64,000 bases of DNA. It comes from Octopus vulgaris. Taxonomy: Eukaryota. Shown in pieces: positions 11,874 to 25,095 of the stretch. The translations under genes were made by a program, and so were the position numbers. A model generated the notes under the pieces. That model worked only from the letters and a program-made list of their open reading frames with translations, was not told where the DNA came from and ran no database searches. The stretch spans positions 129,332,001-129,396,000 of the forward strand of contig OX597818.1 in NCBI GenBank assembly GCA_951406725.2, read 5' to 3'. Positions within the stretch are counted from its first letter, which is position 1; every line of letters starts with the position of its first letter.

Positions 11874-14155
11874 CTAGTCTTGCCGGGTCTTCTCACGCAC
11901 AGCATACTTCCATAGGTCTCGGTCTCTAGTCATTTCCATGGTGAGACCTAACGTCCGAAGGTCGTGCTTCACCACCTCGTCCCAGGTTTTCCTGGGTCTA
12001 CCTCTTCCACGGGTTCCCTCAACTGCTAGGGATTGGCACTTTCTCACACACCTATCTTCATCCATTCTCGCCACATGACCATACCAGCGCAATCGTCTCT
12101 CTTGCACACAACAACTGATGCTTCTTAGGTACAACATTTCTCTCAAGGTACTAACGCTCTGTCGAGTAAGTACACTTACATTACACATCCATCGGAGCAT
12201 ACTGGCTTCATTCCTCACGAGCTTACGCATGTCCTCAGCAGTCACGGCCCATGTTTCACTGCCATGTAGCATAGCTGTTCGTACACATGCATCATACAGT
12301 CTGCCTTTTACTCTGAGCGAGAGGCCTTTAGTCACCAGCAGAGGTAAGAGCTCCCTAAACTTTGCCCAGGCTATTCTTATTCTAGCAGTTACACTTTCAG
12401 CGCACCCACCCCCACTACTGACTTGGTCACCTAGATAGCGGAAACTATCAACTACTTCTAGTTTTTCCCCCGGAAAGTGACAGAAGTTGTTTTCTGCAGA
12501 TTTTCGGAGGTCAATGCTCCAGAGCACCTGCCACATACAAAAACTATCTTCCCGGTTAGCCTACCTTTGACATTGCTGCACCTCTTATGTGTCCATAGCT
12601 TACACTGGGTACATCTTATAGAGTTTCTACCTACACCTTTTCTACAGATCGAGCAGGGCCATCTTCCTGATGATATTTGTGGGTTTTCTACCTTTCTACT
12701 TATTAGTACTTTGGTTTTAGCTAGGTTGACTCTAAGGCCCCTCGATTCTAAACCCTCCTTCCACACCTGGAACTTCTCCTCCAGTTCTGATAGTGACTCA
12801 GCGATTAGAGCGAGGTCGTCAGCATAGAGGAGCTCCCAGGGGCAACCTGTCTTGAATTCCTCCGTTATTGCCTGGAGGACTATGATAAATAGGAGGGGGC
12901 TGAGTACTGAACCCTGGTGGACCCCAACCTCTACTTTGAATTCTTCTGTGTACATGTTGCCAACTCTAACCTTACTTACGGCATCTCTGTACATGGCTTG
13001 CACAGCCCTCACCAGCCATTCATCTATCCCTAGTTTCCTCATTGACCACCAGATGAGGGATCGGGGGACCCTATCAAAGGCTTTCTCCATGTCAACGAAA
13101 GCCAGGTACAGGGGCTTATCCTTGGCTAGGTATTTCTCCTGCAGCTGCCTTACCAGGAATATAGCATCAGTGGTGCTTTTTCCTGGGACAAACCCAAACT
13201 GCATCTCATCTAAACTAACTCTCTCTCTAATTAATTGGGCTATGACCCTCTCCGTAACCTTCATTACCTGATCCAACAGCTTGATACCTCTGTAATTATT
13301 TGTATCCAGGGCATCACCTTTACCTTTGTAGCAGTTGACTAGTATGCTGCTACACCAGTCATTGGGTATGACTCCTTCGTGTATCACCTGGTTGACTATA
13401 CGGGTGACTAGGTTATAGCCGACACTGCCAGATATTTTGAGCATCTCTGCAGTAATTCCTGATGGGCCTGGGGCTTTCCCTGTCTTCATGCTTCTAATTG
13501 CCTTAGCTACCACGGAACTATCAACTCGGATAGCTGGTCCCTCTGTTGGGTCAACATTTGGCAGACTCTCTTTATCCCATTCATTTTCTTTATTCAGCAA
13601 ACTTCCATAGTGGCATCTCCAAACCTCTCTCTTTGCATCCTCATTTAGCGCAAGTGAACCATCATCCATGCGAACACACTTCTCTCCTACCACATCACGA
13701 TTCTCTCTCACACACTGTCTTGCAACACGAAATACCTCAAGTCTTTCATCCTCACGGCTCAGAACATTGGCAAATTTTTTCTTATCCGCTTCCCCTCTGG
13801 CTATATAAACCTGTCTCCTAGCTTCCCTTTTGGCTGTCTGATACAATTCCCTGCTACCACCGTTCTTCCAGTCCTTCCAAGCCTGTCTCTTTTGTCTAAT
13901 AGCCCCGTCAACCACCGTGTTCCACCACCATGTTACTCTGGGTCGAGATGGTACTTTGCTCCATCCACAGATCTGGTCAGTGGCTGTCAGCAGATTGTCC
14001 CGTAGGAATCTCCAGTTGTCTTCCACATTAAGTGAAGCTATACCCCCTTCTATTTCGTCAGAGGCTTCGAGTAGTATGTCTCTAAATCTCTGTCCATTTG
14101 CAGGATCTTTAAGTTTCCAGACCCTTCTCCTCCAAGCTGGTCTTCTTCTGGGCAA
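11874..14155 (-). pseudogene. LINE ORF2 (linker, RT with embedded PHD finger, C-terminus); one frameshift near 12470; endonuclease lost by truncation
   Basis: KAPGPSGI, NYRGIKLL, QFGFVPGKST, FVDMEKAFD, GVHQGSVLSPLLF, YADD, then in the second frame VVDSFRYLG..RRLRWYGHVARM..RGRGRPRKTW. Confidence 0.95.
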
Positions 14156-14170
14156 CCATTTAGTCCTGAT

Positions 14171-14240
<70 letters not shown>

Positions 14241-14454
14241 TGTATGTATGTATGTATGTATGTTTGTATATTTAATTAAATATATTAATTAAAATATATA
14301 CATATATATAAATATACATACATATATATATATATATATGGAATTCATATACATATATATATTTATATACACATATACACCCATACATATACATACAAAT
14401 ATGTATGCATGCATATACATACACATATAAATAGATGTGTATATATACACAAGT

Positions 14455-14728
14455 GGAAGCATGTGGCTGAGTGGTTAGAGTATTGCACTCATGATCATAA
14501 GATTGTGGTTTCAATTCTTGGACCAGTCACTGCGATGTGTTCTTGAGCTAAACAATTCATTTCCCATTGCTGCAGTCCATGCAGCTGGCAAAAATAAGTA
14601 ACCTTGCAATGGACCAGCATCTCATCGGTGGGGTAGAAAGTGTATATATATATATATATATATGCCACAGAGTTCAGGAAACTGGCTGTATGAGCTTATG
14701 GCTAGGAAGGACCTTCGATCCCCTTTTT
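14455..14728 (+). mobile_element. tRNA-derived SINE (CORE-like), decayed
   Basis: Homologous to 17544-17801. Confidence 0.7.
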
Positions 14729-14919
14729 CTATGTAAACATACATACATATATATATACATACATACATACATATATATATATAAATACATGTATGCACAT
14801 GCACACACACACACACATACAAATGTGAATATAAATGCTAAAGATGTTCAACTAAGCGTGGCTCTGTGGTAAAATGCTGTTTTCCAACTACATGGCCCTA
14901 GGTTCAGTCCCACTGGTGG

Positions 14920-15877
14920 TCCGCAAGGTTCTGAGCTGAAGATTGTAGCCTTATTGATAAAGAGCGATCAGGCAGACCATCCACTACAGATGATGACCAA
15001 ATCAAGTCATTAATTGAGATTAACCAACATTGCACAACCCAAGAAGTGGCAGAAAGCCTCAACCTATCAAAATCCGTCATTCATGAGCACCTGGTAAAGC
15101 TTGGGTACACAAATCGCTACGATGTTTGGGTACCACATGAGTTGAGTGAGAAGAATCTTTCTGATCACATTTCCATCTGTGATTTGCCTTATAAATGGAA
15201 TGAAAATACACCTCTTTAAAGCAAATTGTGACAGGTGATGAGAAATGGATTATCTACCAAAATGTTCAGAGAAAGTGATCCTGGAGTAAGTGACATGAGC
15301 CACCCTTAGCCACCCTGAAAGCAGGTTTTCACCCTAAAAAAGTCTTACTTTGTGTCTGGTGGGATTGGAAAGGAATTCTGTACTATTAGCTTCTACCAAG
15401 TAACCAGAAAATTAATTCTGAGAAATACTGCACACAACTGGATGGGTTAAAAGCAGCAATTCAAGAGAAATGTCCAGAATTGGCCAACAGCAAGGGTGTT
15501 GTTTTCCAACATGATAATGCAAGACCGCAAGTTTCTTTGAGAACCAGACAAAAATTGCTTCAGCTTGGTTGGGATGTGTTTCCCCATCCTCCATATTCAC
15601 CAGATATTGTTCCTTCGGATTTACACTTATTCAGGTCTCTTCAGAATAGTCTTAATGGTAAAAATTTCAATTCCTTGGATGAAGTAAAAAGATACTTTGA
15701 TGAATTCTTTGCCATGAAACCACATCAATTCTGGAAAGAGGGTATTTTCAAGTTAAAGGAAAGATGGAGATGCATTGTGAAACAAAATGGTTCATATTTG
15801 GTTGATTAAAAATGTAATGGCAAGTATTTATTGACCTTTTTCTTTCCTTTAAAAATTGGCACGAACTTTCTGGAAAC

Positions 15878-15882
<5 letters not shown>
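14920..15882 (+). mobile_element. Mariner (DD34D) transposon, 5'-truncated, pseudogenised transposase
   Basis: WVPHEL, IVTGDEKW, FQHDNARP and YSPDIVPSD motifs with internal stops; right TIR ..ggcacgaactttctggaaacctaa followed by TA. Confidence 0.93.
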
Positions 15883-15920
<38 letters not shown>

Positions 15921-16710
15921 TTATGTATGTATGCATGTATGTATACAATAGGCTTCCAAACAATTCTCATCCACCAAATTCACTTCATATCCATACTCGC
16001 TCTGACCATAAACTTGTCCAAGGTGCTGTGCACTGGGACTGAACTCAAAACCATATGATTGCAAATTGACATCATAACCACACAGTCATGCCTGCAGTCT
16101 TTCTTTATTTTCCTTTCTGTTAGACGATCTATAAAAGAGTGATTTCAGAATCAAATAATAAATAAATAAAATAAATAGACAATGGTTTGTGAAACTTAAG
16201 ACTTGAGCAAGGGTCTAAATTACAAAATATTTTTGAATATGGCTGAAGGTTTGTTTCATTTAGGGTTATAATAATAAGTTTGGTCATCAGTAAAATTATT
16301 CAGTAATGAATAAAACATAACTACAACAAAACCACCGGTACCTCTTGCCACTGCCATCAACATCTCCACCACCATCACCACCACCTCCACCACCTCCAAC
16401 ACCATCACCAACAACAATACCTGCTGCTGCTGCTGCTACTACTACTACTACTACTACAGCCATCACTACCATCACTGTTAATACTGCTTGTGCTAATACA
16501 TTCAGGGAAACAAGATTAACTTTCCTATCCACATTATCTCTTGTGACTATTATATATATACATATATATATGCGTGTGTGTGTGTGTGTCTATGCACAAA
16601 TATATAAACATATATGCACATACAGATACACACATACACACATATATTTATGTGTATGTGTGTGCATACATGCATACAAGAATGTATGCATATATATACA
16701 TACAAGAGTG

Positions 16711-16754
<44 letters not shown>

Positions 16755-17543
16755 TATGAAATGTGCTCTTATATGTACAGACATAAAACATGATGCACAT
16801 TCATAATGACAATTATATATATATATATATATATACAGATTTAGTATTAAATGATTATGATTATAATGATTATGATGATGATGATGATGATTCACTGATT
16901 CACACACCATGCATGCATACTGCCACACACATGTAAATGCATGCATGTTTGAATACAAGTGACAGTTGGAATTAAATTTAAAGAAACAAGTTGGTGTGAA
17001 GGAATTAGTTTAGAAAGTTCCTCAATTTGTAAAAAAAAACAAAAAAAAAACAACAAATAAAAAAGCAAGACAAAAAAAACCCCAAAGTGCTAGTCTTCAT
17101 TGGTGCCAAGCTGGTGCCATTAGTCTAACATTGCATGATGGCTAGAGGCTGATGGGTGGGGTAGGGGGGGTAGGATGAGCTGATAATTTATTCAGGCTGT
17201 TTAGTGTCTGTCTTCATTGATATGATATAATAGATCCCGTGTAAAATAATGCGTGTAGTGAGAGCTTTGAAATAACGGAGGGCAGGGTTGTACTGGTAGC
17301 TGGAATAGAGGGTCGAAAAGACATTATTAAGGTATATTGTATCTATATCTTGTTACTCGCTCCCGCTGTTTCTTCCTTCTCCCTTTGTTGGTGGTTTTGA
17401 GACTGGACTTTGCAGTAAAATCCCTATAAAAGTAACAGGGGTGGTGGGAAAGAAATGGTGAGGTGTAACATAAGACATGGATAGGATGGTTTGATAGCTT
17501 TGCAGATTTGCTGATTTTATTTAGTGTTTGTATGAAAATATGG

Positions 17544-17801
17544 AGTGGAGGCACGTGGCTTAGTGGTTAGGGTGTCGGCATCATGATCGTGAGATTGTGG
17601 TTTCGATTCCTGGACCAGGCGACGCGTTGTGTTCTTGAGCAAAACCCTTCATTTCACATTGCTCCAGTCCACTCAGCTGGCAAAAATGAGTAATGCTGCG
17701 ATGGACTGGCGTCCCATGCAGCTGGGGAACACATATGCCACAGAAACCGGAAAACCAGGCTCAAGAGCCTGGCTAGGCTTTAAAAAGGGCGCATTTTATT
17801 T
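17544..17801 (+). mobile_element. tRNA-derived SINE (OR-like, CORE-like body) with 13-bp TSD
   Basis: TGGCTTAGTGG A-box and GGTTTCGATTCC B-box; TSD tatgaaaatatgg at 17531-17543 and 17802-17814. Confidence 0.88.
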
Positions 17802-18534
17802 TATGAAAATATGGGGTAGGGGAGCATTTTTAATTTATATTCTTTCTCTCTTCTTCACACACACACAAACACACTCTCTCTCTGTGTCTGTCTCTCCATC
17901 ACTAAACTTTGCAAAGACTGCTTCACCACTACACTGCAGAAACCCCTAACATCTTTCAAGAAAGGTAGATAGATTGATAAATAGTTATATAAATAAACAA
18001 AAAAGGGAGATAAACAACAATAGGATAATAAGGGTATTTACATGGAAAGCTGCATATTCAAATGAACATACGTTTGCAGAGGTAATTACATCAAAGAAGT
18101 GATTGAGGAGGGAGACCATGTTCCGATATAATATAGTGAGTGACTCACAAAACAAGTCACAAGGTACATCCTCTACTTCTTTTGTAAAGAATTCCACCAT
18201 CAACTACATACCAGGAGATATTATAGGGCATATTCTCAGCTTTAAAGTGGAGGGTTTTCTTGAGCAGTTAATTCATTGAATTACTCAATGAGTTAGCTTG
18301 TAAGTGGCTGAGTATTCTACAAAAACTTATACTCTTAACATAATTCTCAGGCTAGATTATTGTGGCAATTCATTTCATCTGGTGGGATTCAGTGGTTTCC
18401 AACTGTCAAATTTCACTTACAAAGCTACAATTATCCCAAGGCTATAATAAAAAAAAAACTCTTGCTTAAGAGACCATGCAATGGGATCAAACCCAGGATC
18501 TCATGATTGTAAGGTGAACTTCTTCACCAGTTGA

Positions 18535-18615
18535 AGCTCTGATGAAGCTATTGAGGGACACAAAAGCACTCAACTATGAGTGCATTGCAACTCATAGCAG
18601 AAACAGCTGTAAGCT
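18535..18615 (+). ncRNA. Putative minimal type-I hammerhead ribozyme
   Basis: agct-CTGATGA-a[gctattgag..ctcatagc]a-GAAA-cagctg-TA-agct: complete catalytic core, extended stem II, palindromic stem III, GUA cleavage triplet. Confidence 0.7.
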
Positions 18616-19306
18616 AATGAAGTTCATTAGATAATTTCATGTTCCTTTGTCATTTTAATTGCTTATTACTGCCCTCTACTTGACTGACACTTTGTTCTGA
18701 AGTATATGTATATTGAGTTCTAATGCCAGGTTATTAGTATCACTATGCCTAAGTGAAATAATAAAATATATATGCGTATGTGTGCATGTGTTCTTGAGTG
18801 TATACTTTAACCAGCTTATATGGATGGAAGCATGTGTGTGTACAACGATATAATTGTACGTTAATGAATCTGATCCCTTCCTTGGAAAAGGAAGAAGTTG
18901 TTCAGTGTTAATTGAACATAAAGTCCATTAAGCTTTAATTTGAAGAGATTTTATTAAGATTTAATTGAAATTCAGTCCCACTGAATATTAGTAGTTAAAA
19001 GTGTTTGTATGTAGTTGACAGATGGAATTTTAATTATCTCTTTAGGTGTAGTAGTTTGGATAAATGTTAACTCAACTTTTCTATTAGACTGCAAGTAAAT
19101 ACCCACAAAGTTTGGTTGCAACCTGAGTTAATCTAGCGCAACACTATTTGAAGGTACAATTGGGATGTTGAGTGTTCTTTAGGAGAAGATTCAAGCACCC
19201 AGCAAACTGAGTCTGCCTCTCATTCAAGGGTATTTCTCAAGGGTTTTAACAGCATCAAATCAAAATAAAAAGCTCTCAAAAACTGGCTTTGATCAAAATT
19301 AGAAAT

Positions 19307-19556
19307 CATCATCATCGTTTAACGTCCACTTTCCATGCTAGCATGGGTTGGACGATTTTGACTGAGGGCTGGCGAACCAGATAGTTGCACCAGTCTCCAA
19401 TCTTGATTTGGCAGAGTTTCTACAGCTGGATGCCCTTCCTAACGCCAACCACTCCGAGAGTGTAGTGTGTGCTTTTTACGTGCCACTGGCACAGGGGCCA
19501 GTCAGGCAGTACTGGCAACGACCTCGCTCAAATCCTTTTACACATGCCACCAGCAT
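19307..19556 (-). mobile_element. RTE-LINE 3'-UTR fragment
   Basis: Same 3' end as the 11062 element; possible TSD ttagaaat. Confidence 0.85.
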
Positions 19557-20919
19557 GTTTTAGAAATGTTTTATTTAATTAGGCATAATGATGGGATGGT
19601 ACACGTGTGGGTCAAACATTTATAGTATATTAGTGAGAAATTTCATGCCAATAGATCTCCTATAGCCAAGGATGTTTGGATACATAGAAAAAACCCCATT
19701 GTTCCTGATGAAAGACCAGTATCCTCTTGCAGGGCTATCTTGAGCTTTGTACAAAGTTAGTAACTGTTGGGAGCAAAATTATCTTTTGGTCCTGAAAAAT
19801 GAAGGGCTGGTCCTTGTGATAGATCTTCAGTGATGGTGAGGCATTGCATTACATCTTTGTACCACTGGAGGAGACAAAATTTGCATGTCTCTAGTGGAGA
19901 AGTGAGTCAATTAACCAAAGAAAGAGGCAAATTAATTTTATTATTTTAGGCTATCAGTAGTTTGTCCTTGTTATTATTCTTTAGGCCCAGTTTAACCTTT
20001 ATTAACAAGCTTCTAATCAAAGGTGTTCCAGGTATGACCATCTAAGCTTTTTGTATGTCAGGTGGACATAGACCACTAAATGCTTTGTTATTTAAGATGG
20101 TAGGGTGTGTGAAGTATGAAGGAGGTTTGACTGCTGTTTCTAGCAGATTAAGTGATGGTGTAGGAATGGTCTTGTTGGGTTGCTGCAGCATGAAGAAGAA
20201 GAAACAATGATAGCTGTAACAATAGCAGCAACAACAACAATAAGAGTAGGAAAAAAACTAATGAAAATAGGAAGAAGAGGAGGAGGAGGAGGAGAAGAAG
20301 CAGGTAGAGGAAGAAAGGAGAAGAAGAGGAAAAGGAGAGGAGGAGGCGAGAATGAAGAAAAAGAAGAAAAGAATGTTTAGCAGATGATGTAGAATAAGAA
20401 AAGAAACCTGTAATAGAGAAGAGAATAAGAAGTACAACAACAACAAGAATATTGAGAATAACAACAAGATCCTCAATAAGAGCAACAAGAATGCCCACCC
20501 AGACACACACACATATATGCATTCACACACACATATATGCATTCACACACTCGTGTGTGCTTTCTCTCTCTCTCTCACGTACTCACGCGCCACCCTGACA
20601 GTCATATTTTAAAGGAGTTAATGATTAAACAAAATAATTTTAAAACATATATCTTAAGTTCAACATTTAGAAGAAGAAAAAAAAACCTCCCAAAAAAAGT
20701 AAAAAAAAAATATTGAAAAGACGTTAAAAAAAATGAATGGAAAAAAAAACAATGTAGTTTTCAGTGAAAAACCCCAAAACAAAAAAATACAAAAAACAAA
20801 AACAAAAACTCATAGAAAACAAATAGAAAAATAAACAAACAAATAAACTAATCAATGGAGGTATTATTGGAAATACCCAAACACTAATGAAACACAATTA
20901 TAAGATCCTACCCACCACC

Positions 20920-21192
20920 GTCACCACCACCACCACCACCACCACAACTATCATCCCATTCAAAAGAAGAAACATTGTGGAGACAACCAGAAGAAACCCC
21001 TCCATACTACTAATAAAGACAACGATGGAGAAGATGATGATGATGATGATGGTGGTAGTAGTAGTAGTAGTAATAATAATAGTAATAATAATAATGTTAA
21101 TAATGACGATCATGATAATAATAATAATGATGATGATGATAATAATGATGATGATGATAATGATGATGATGATGATGTTGATGATAATAATG

Positions 21193-21234
<42 letters not shown>

Positions 21235-21279
21235 GTAATAATAATAATAATAATGATGATGATGATGATGATGATAATA

Positions 21280-21314
<35 letters not shown>

Positions 21315-21813
21315 AATGATGATGATGATAATAATAATATGATGATGATGATGATAATGATGATGATGATGATGATGATGATGATGGTGATGATGAAGAT
21401 GATGATGATAATAATAATAATAACCCTTTCTATTATAGGCACAAAATAATAACAACAACAACAATCTCAACAACAATAATGTAGTATTTTTTTTTATATA
21501 TTTGTTCATATGCTTGTTGTTTTTCATTAAAGGCATTGATAATAATGGTAAAATTGATAATCATGATGACAGTGTAACGATGATGATGATGATGATATGA
21601 TGATGATGAAGATAATAATAATATTGATGATGATGATGATATGATGATGATGATGATAATAATAATAATAATAATAATAATAATTATTATTATCATGGTG
21701 GTGATGATGATGAAAATAATATGAATGGTGATGATGAGAATGATAATGATAGTGATGATGATGGTAACAACAACAACAACAATAATAATAATAAGAATTA
21801 TTATTATTATTAC

Positions 21814-21862
<49 letters not shown>

Positions 21863-21875
21863 ATGATAATAATGC
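20920..21875. repeat. Long compound triplet microsatellite field (ACC/ATG/ATA/TTA)
   Basis: Directly visible. Confidence 0.95.
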
Positions 21876-21901
21876 TGACAGTGACTGACAACAAAAGGTT
21901 A

Positions 21902-22240
21902 AATGAGAGATTTTAGGATGCAATTAAGAAAAAATTTTTCTTGGTGGGGAGGTAAAAATTCATAAAGAAACATTATATATACATGTTATGTATATACATA
22001 CATACATACATACATACATACACACACACATTTTTTCTTCAAAAATTGTTTTTGGTTACCTTTTTTTTCTTATTATTTTTGCTATTTTTTCATGTTCATT
22101 TCTCTGTTGAATTAATTTGTTCAGGTAACAACAACAACAACAACAGACCCCCCCCCACACACACTTCTCTACACTCACCAAAGAATGGAATAGAATAAAA
22201 TAAAACACAGCACAAAAAATAAGAACAAGATAAATAAGAA
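21902..22240 (+). repeat. Locally duplicated segment, copy 1
   Basis: Near-identical to 23636-23954 apart from microsatellite lengths and a few substitutions. Confidence 0.9.
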
Positions 22241-22353
22241 AGACTGTATGATTATGTTTAACAAACATGTTAAAATATGTGTCTCAATGATGAGAAAAGT
22301 ATTTCGCTAGGTGACGGCATGGGTCGATAATAAGGTAGAAGGTGCTACAGTAG

Positions 22354-22655
22354 ATGGTGATGGTGGGGATGATGGCGGTGATGGTGGTGGTGGTGGTGAT
22401 GGCGGTGATGGTGGTGGTGGTGGTGATGGTGTTGGTGGTGGTGATGTCGGTGGTGATGGTGGTGATGGTGGTGGTGGTGGTGGTGATGGCGGTGATGGTG
22501 GCAGTGGTGGTGGTGATGGTGGTGTTAGTGGTGGTGATGGCGGTGATGGTGGTGGTGGTGATGGTGGCGGTGATGGTGGCGGTGATGGTGGTGATGGTGG
22601 TGATGGTGGTGATGGTGGTGGTGGTGGTGGTGATGGCGGTGGTGATAGTGGTGGG
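22354..22655. repeat. (GGT/GAT/GGC)n G-rich triplet tract
   Basis: Directly visible. Confidence 0.95.
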
Positions 22656-23635
22656 GGATTGCTTAGTTTTGATTGGTTGTTTACTAGATTTTTATTTTAC
22701 AGGAAAAAAGAAAAAAAAGAAAAAAATGGATGGTGATGGCAGTGGTGGGGGGAGTGGTGGGTGTTCAGGGGGGTGGTTTGTAAATTAGTGATTAGAGTAC
22801 CTGCCTTTCAATCTCCACGAAGAATTATCAATGATTATCATTGTCATGTATGTATGTTGTTGTTGCTGCTGTTATTGTTGTTTAGTACCAGATTGGACTG
22901 GATTGAGTGGTTCCATGGTCAAATAAATAATCAAAGATAACCCAGCTGTAACTGTCCCATCTCTTATTCATATTCAAAGAATATAAGGATTAGATTATAT
23001 CATTTAAAGATGGGCCAGTTTTAAAGACAGTCAGGTGTGATATATATATATATATATATCAAAATGGGATCTTTTCCTTTTGATGGACGGAATTTTCTAG
23101 TTAACTAAACAATTTGAAACTTTGTATACTGGTAGAATGTGCCAAAAGAAAACATTATTGTAAACAAAATTGAAAAAAAAATTGTAATTTGTAAGTTTAA
23201 CGTAGTTTAATTATTCGAATTTTAACCAATGAAATCGCAGCATTTGAGCTCAAATCATTTGCTGCGTCTAAAAACTCACACACACACATCTTATTCATCC
23301 TTCTCGCTCTTCTGTCTTCTACATGTGCTAGAAATAACAGCTATATCTCTTAAATCGATGAATTTCGTCGCCCAATAAAAATATTAACGATATTTTTTTA
23401 AATATTTTCTTTATTTTTTTTTACTGAAAAGGCTTCTCCCATGGTTTTGAAGGGCCAGAAACAACAAAAGCAAAACAATAATATGCCTAAAGCGGTCTAG
23501 AGTTTGCGCGTGGAGTGTGAGTCGTATTGTAAAAATTTGCGAAATATTTTTTCATAAAAGGATGCCCCAGCTTGTCGGAAGCTGTGATATAAATTGGGAA
23601 AAAAATCCTCGACACCAGTGCATAATTGGTACTTA

Positions 23636-23954
23636 ATGAGAGATTTTAGGATGCAATTAAGAAAAAATTTTTCTTGGTGGGGAGGTAAAAATTCATAAAG
23701 AAACATTATATGTACATGTTATGTATATACATACATACATACATACATATATAAATATATGCACACATTTTTTCTTCAAAAATTGTTTTTGGTTACCTTT
23801 TTTCCGATTGTTTTTGCTATTTTTTCATGTTCATTTCTCTGTTGAATTAATTTGTTCAGGTAACAACAACAGACCCCACCCTCTCTACACTCACCAAAGA
23901 ATGGAATAGAATAAAATAAAACACAGCACAAAAATAAGAACAAGATAAATAAGA
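23636..23954 (+). repeat. Locally duplicated segment, copy 2
   Basis: aatgagagattttaggatgc...caagataaataaga, fused directly to a truncated RTE LINE. Confidence 0.9.
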
Positions 23955-24245
23955 GGCTATGACCAAGACCTTTGGCATTATGTCATGCTTGAGTAGAAGA
24001 CCCATCAAACCGCACAAAATTAGTCATGGCAGATACTGGTGTCACATAAATGGTACCCATGCCAGTGGCATGTAAAAGCACCCATTACACTCTCAGAGTG
24101 GTTGGTGTTAGGAAGGTCATCCAGCTGTAGAAAACCATGCTAAATCAGACTGGAGCCTGGCACAGTCTTCCAGTGTGCCAGCCCAGTCAAACTGTCCAAC
24201 CCACACCAACATGGACAACGGATGTTAAATGATGATGATGATGAT
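23955..24245 (+). mobile_element. 5'-truncated RTE-LINE 3' end
   Basis: gaccaagacctttggcattatg matches the ORF end (DRDLW..); ends gatgttaaa(tga)n. Confidence 0.8.
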
Positions 24246-24859
24246 TTAAATATATGTATATATATATGAGTTATAAGGTAGTGAGATCAATTCCTGGATC
24301 ATGCAGCAAATTGTGTCCTTACTCCAGTCTACCAAACTGAAAATGAACAATGGGCAAGTACTAGTACAGCTCCCCCACCTCTCTCTCTTCCATCAGCTGT
24401 CATGCTCTGGAATTGCCAGAGTGTCAAAGAGTGAGAGAGTCAAGAGCGTGTCTGTGTCTGCTCCATGACTACATATACCAATTAGTTCAGAGAGTGTAGT
24501 GAGTGCAATTTATTGTGGCAACAGCACTAGAAATAGTGACAAATTCTTGACAAGATTAAAGGATCTTCTTGACCCCTATGACCCTGCCTGCTTACAACCC
24601 ACTTTACAGAGTATTCTGGGTGGATTTATAGTGACACCTATACTGGTAGGGTTGTCCCACCCACACACTTATATACACAAATGCACATACAAATAATAAC
24701 ACACCCATACACATATGTATATATAATACATACACATACACACATATGACAGGATCATGCTTATGTGTATTTGTCTTGCTTGGTATTTCAATGTTCTTCA
24801 GAAAAATAAAAAATCACAATTTTCAACATTATCGCCTCCCACAATTTAATCTTTAAAAA

Positions 24860-24913
<54 letters not shown>

Positions 24914-25052
24914 TATTATTATTATTACTATTATTATTATTGTATTATTATCATTATTACTATTATTATTATTATTACTATTATTATTATTATCATTTTT
25001 ATCATTATTATTATTATTATTATCATTATTATTACTATTATCATTATTATTA

Positions 25053-25095
<43 letters not shown>

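Larger units (their letters stand above)
11062..14173 (-). mobile_element. Young 5'-truncated RTE-type LINE
   Basis: RT ORF, 3' UTR with a 63-bp VNTR and a (GAT)n tail; both flanks are (TA)n microsatellite. Confidence 0.95.

Noticed and set aside
15480-15809. Domesticated SETMAR-like gene
   Set aside because: The upstream transposase has stops and a frameshift, and a TIR follows, so it is an ordinary mariner relic.
17544-17620. tRNA genes
   Set aside because: The A/B boxes belong to SINE heads. There is no complete cloverleaf, and they continue into SINE bodies with TSDs.
19703-19730. CTGATGAAAGA as a hammerhead core
   Set aside because: No stem II, no downstream GAAA with stem III, and no stem I pairing found.
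20887-22788. Poly-I/M/H/G/V ORFs
   Set aside because: These are translations of triplet microsatellites. The same applies to the YI/HT/CV ORFs at 40560-41464 and 53233-54209.
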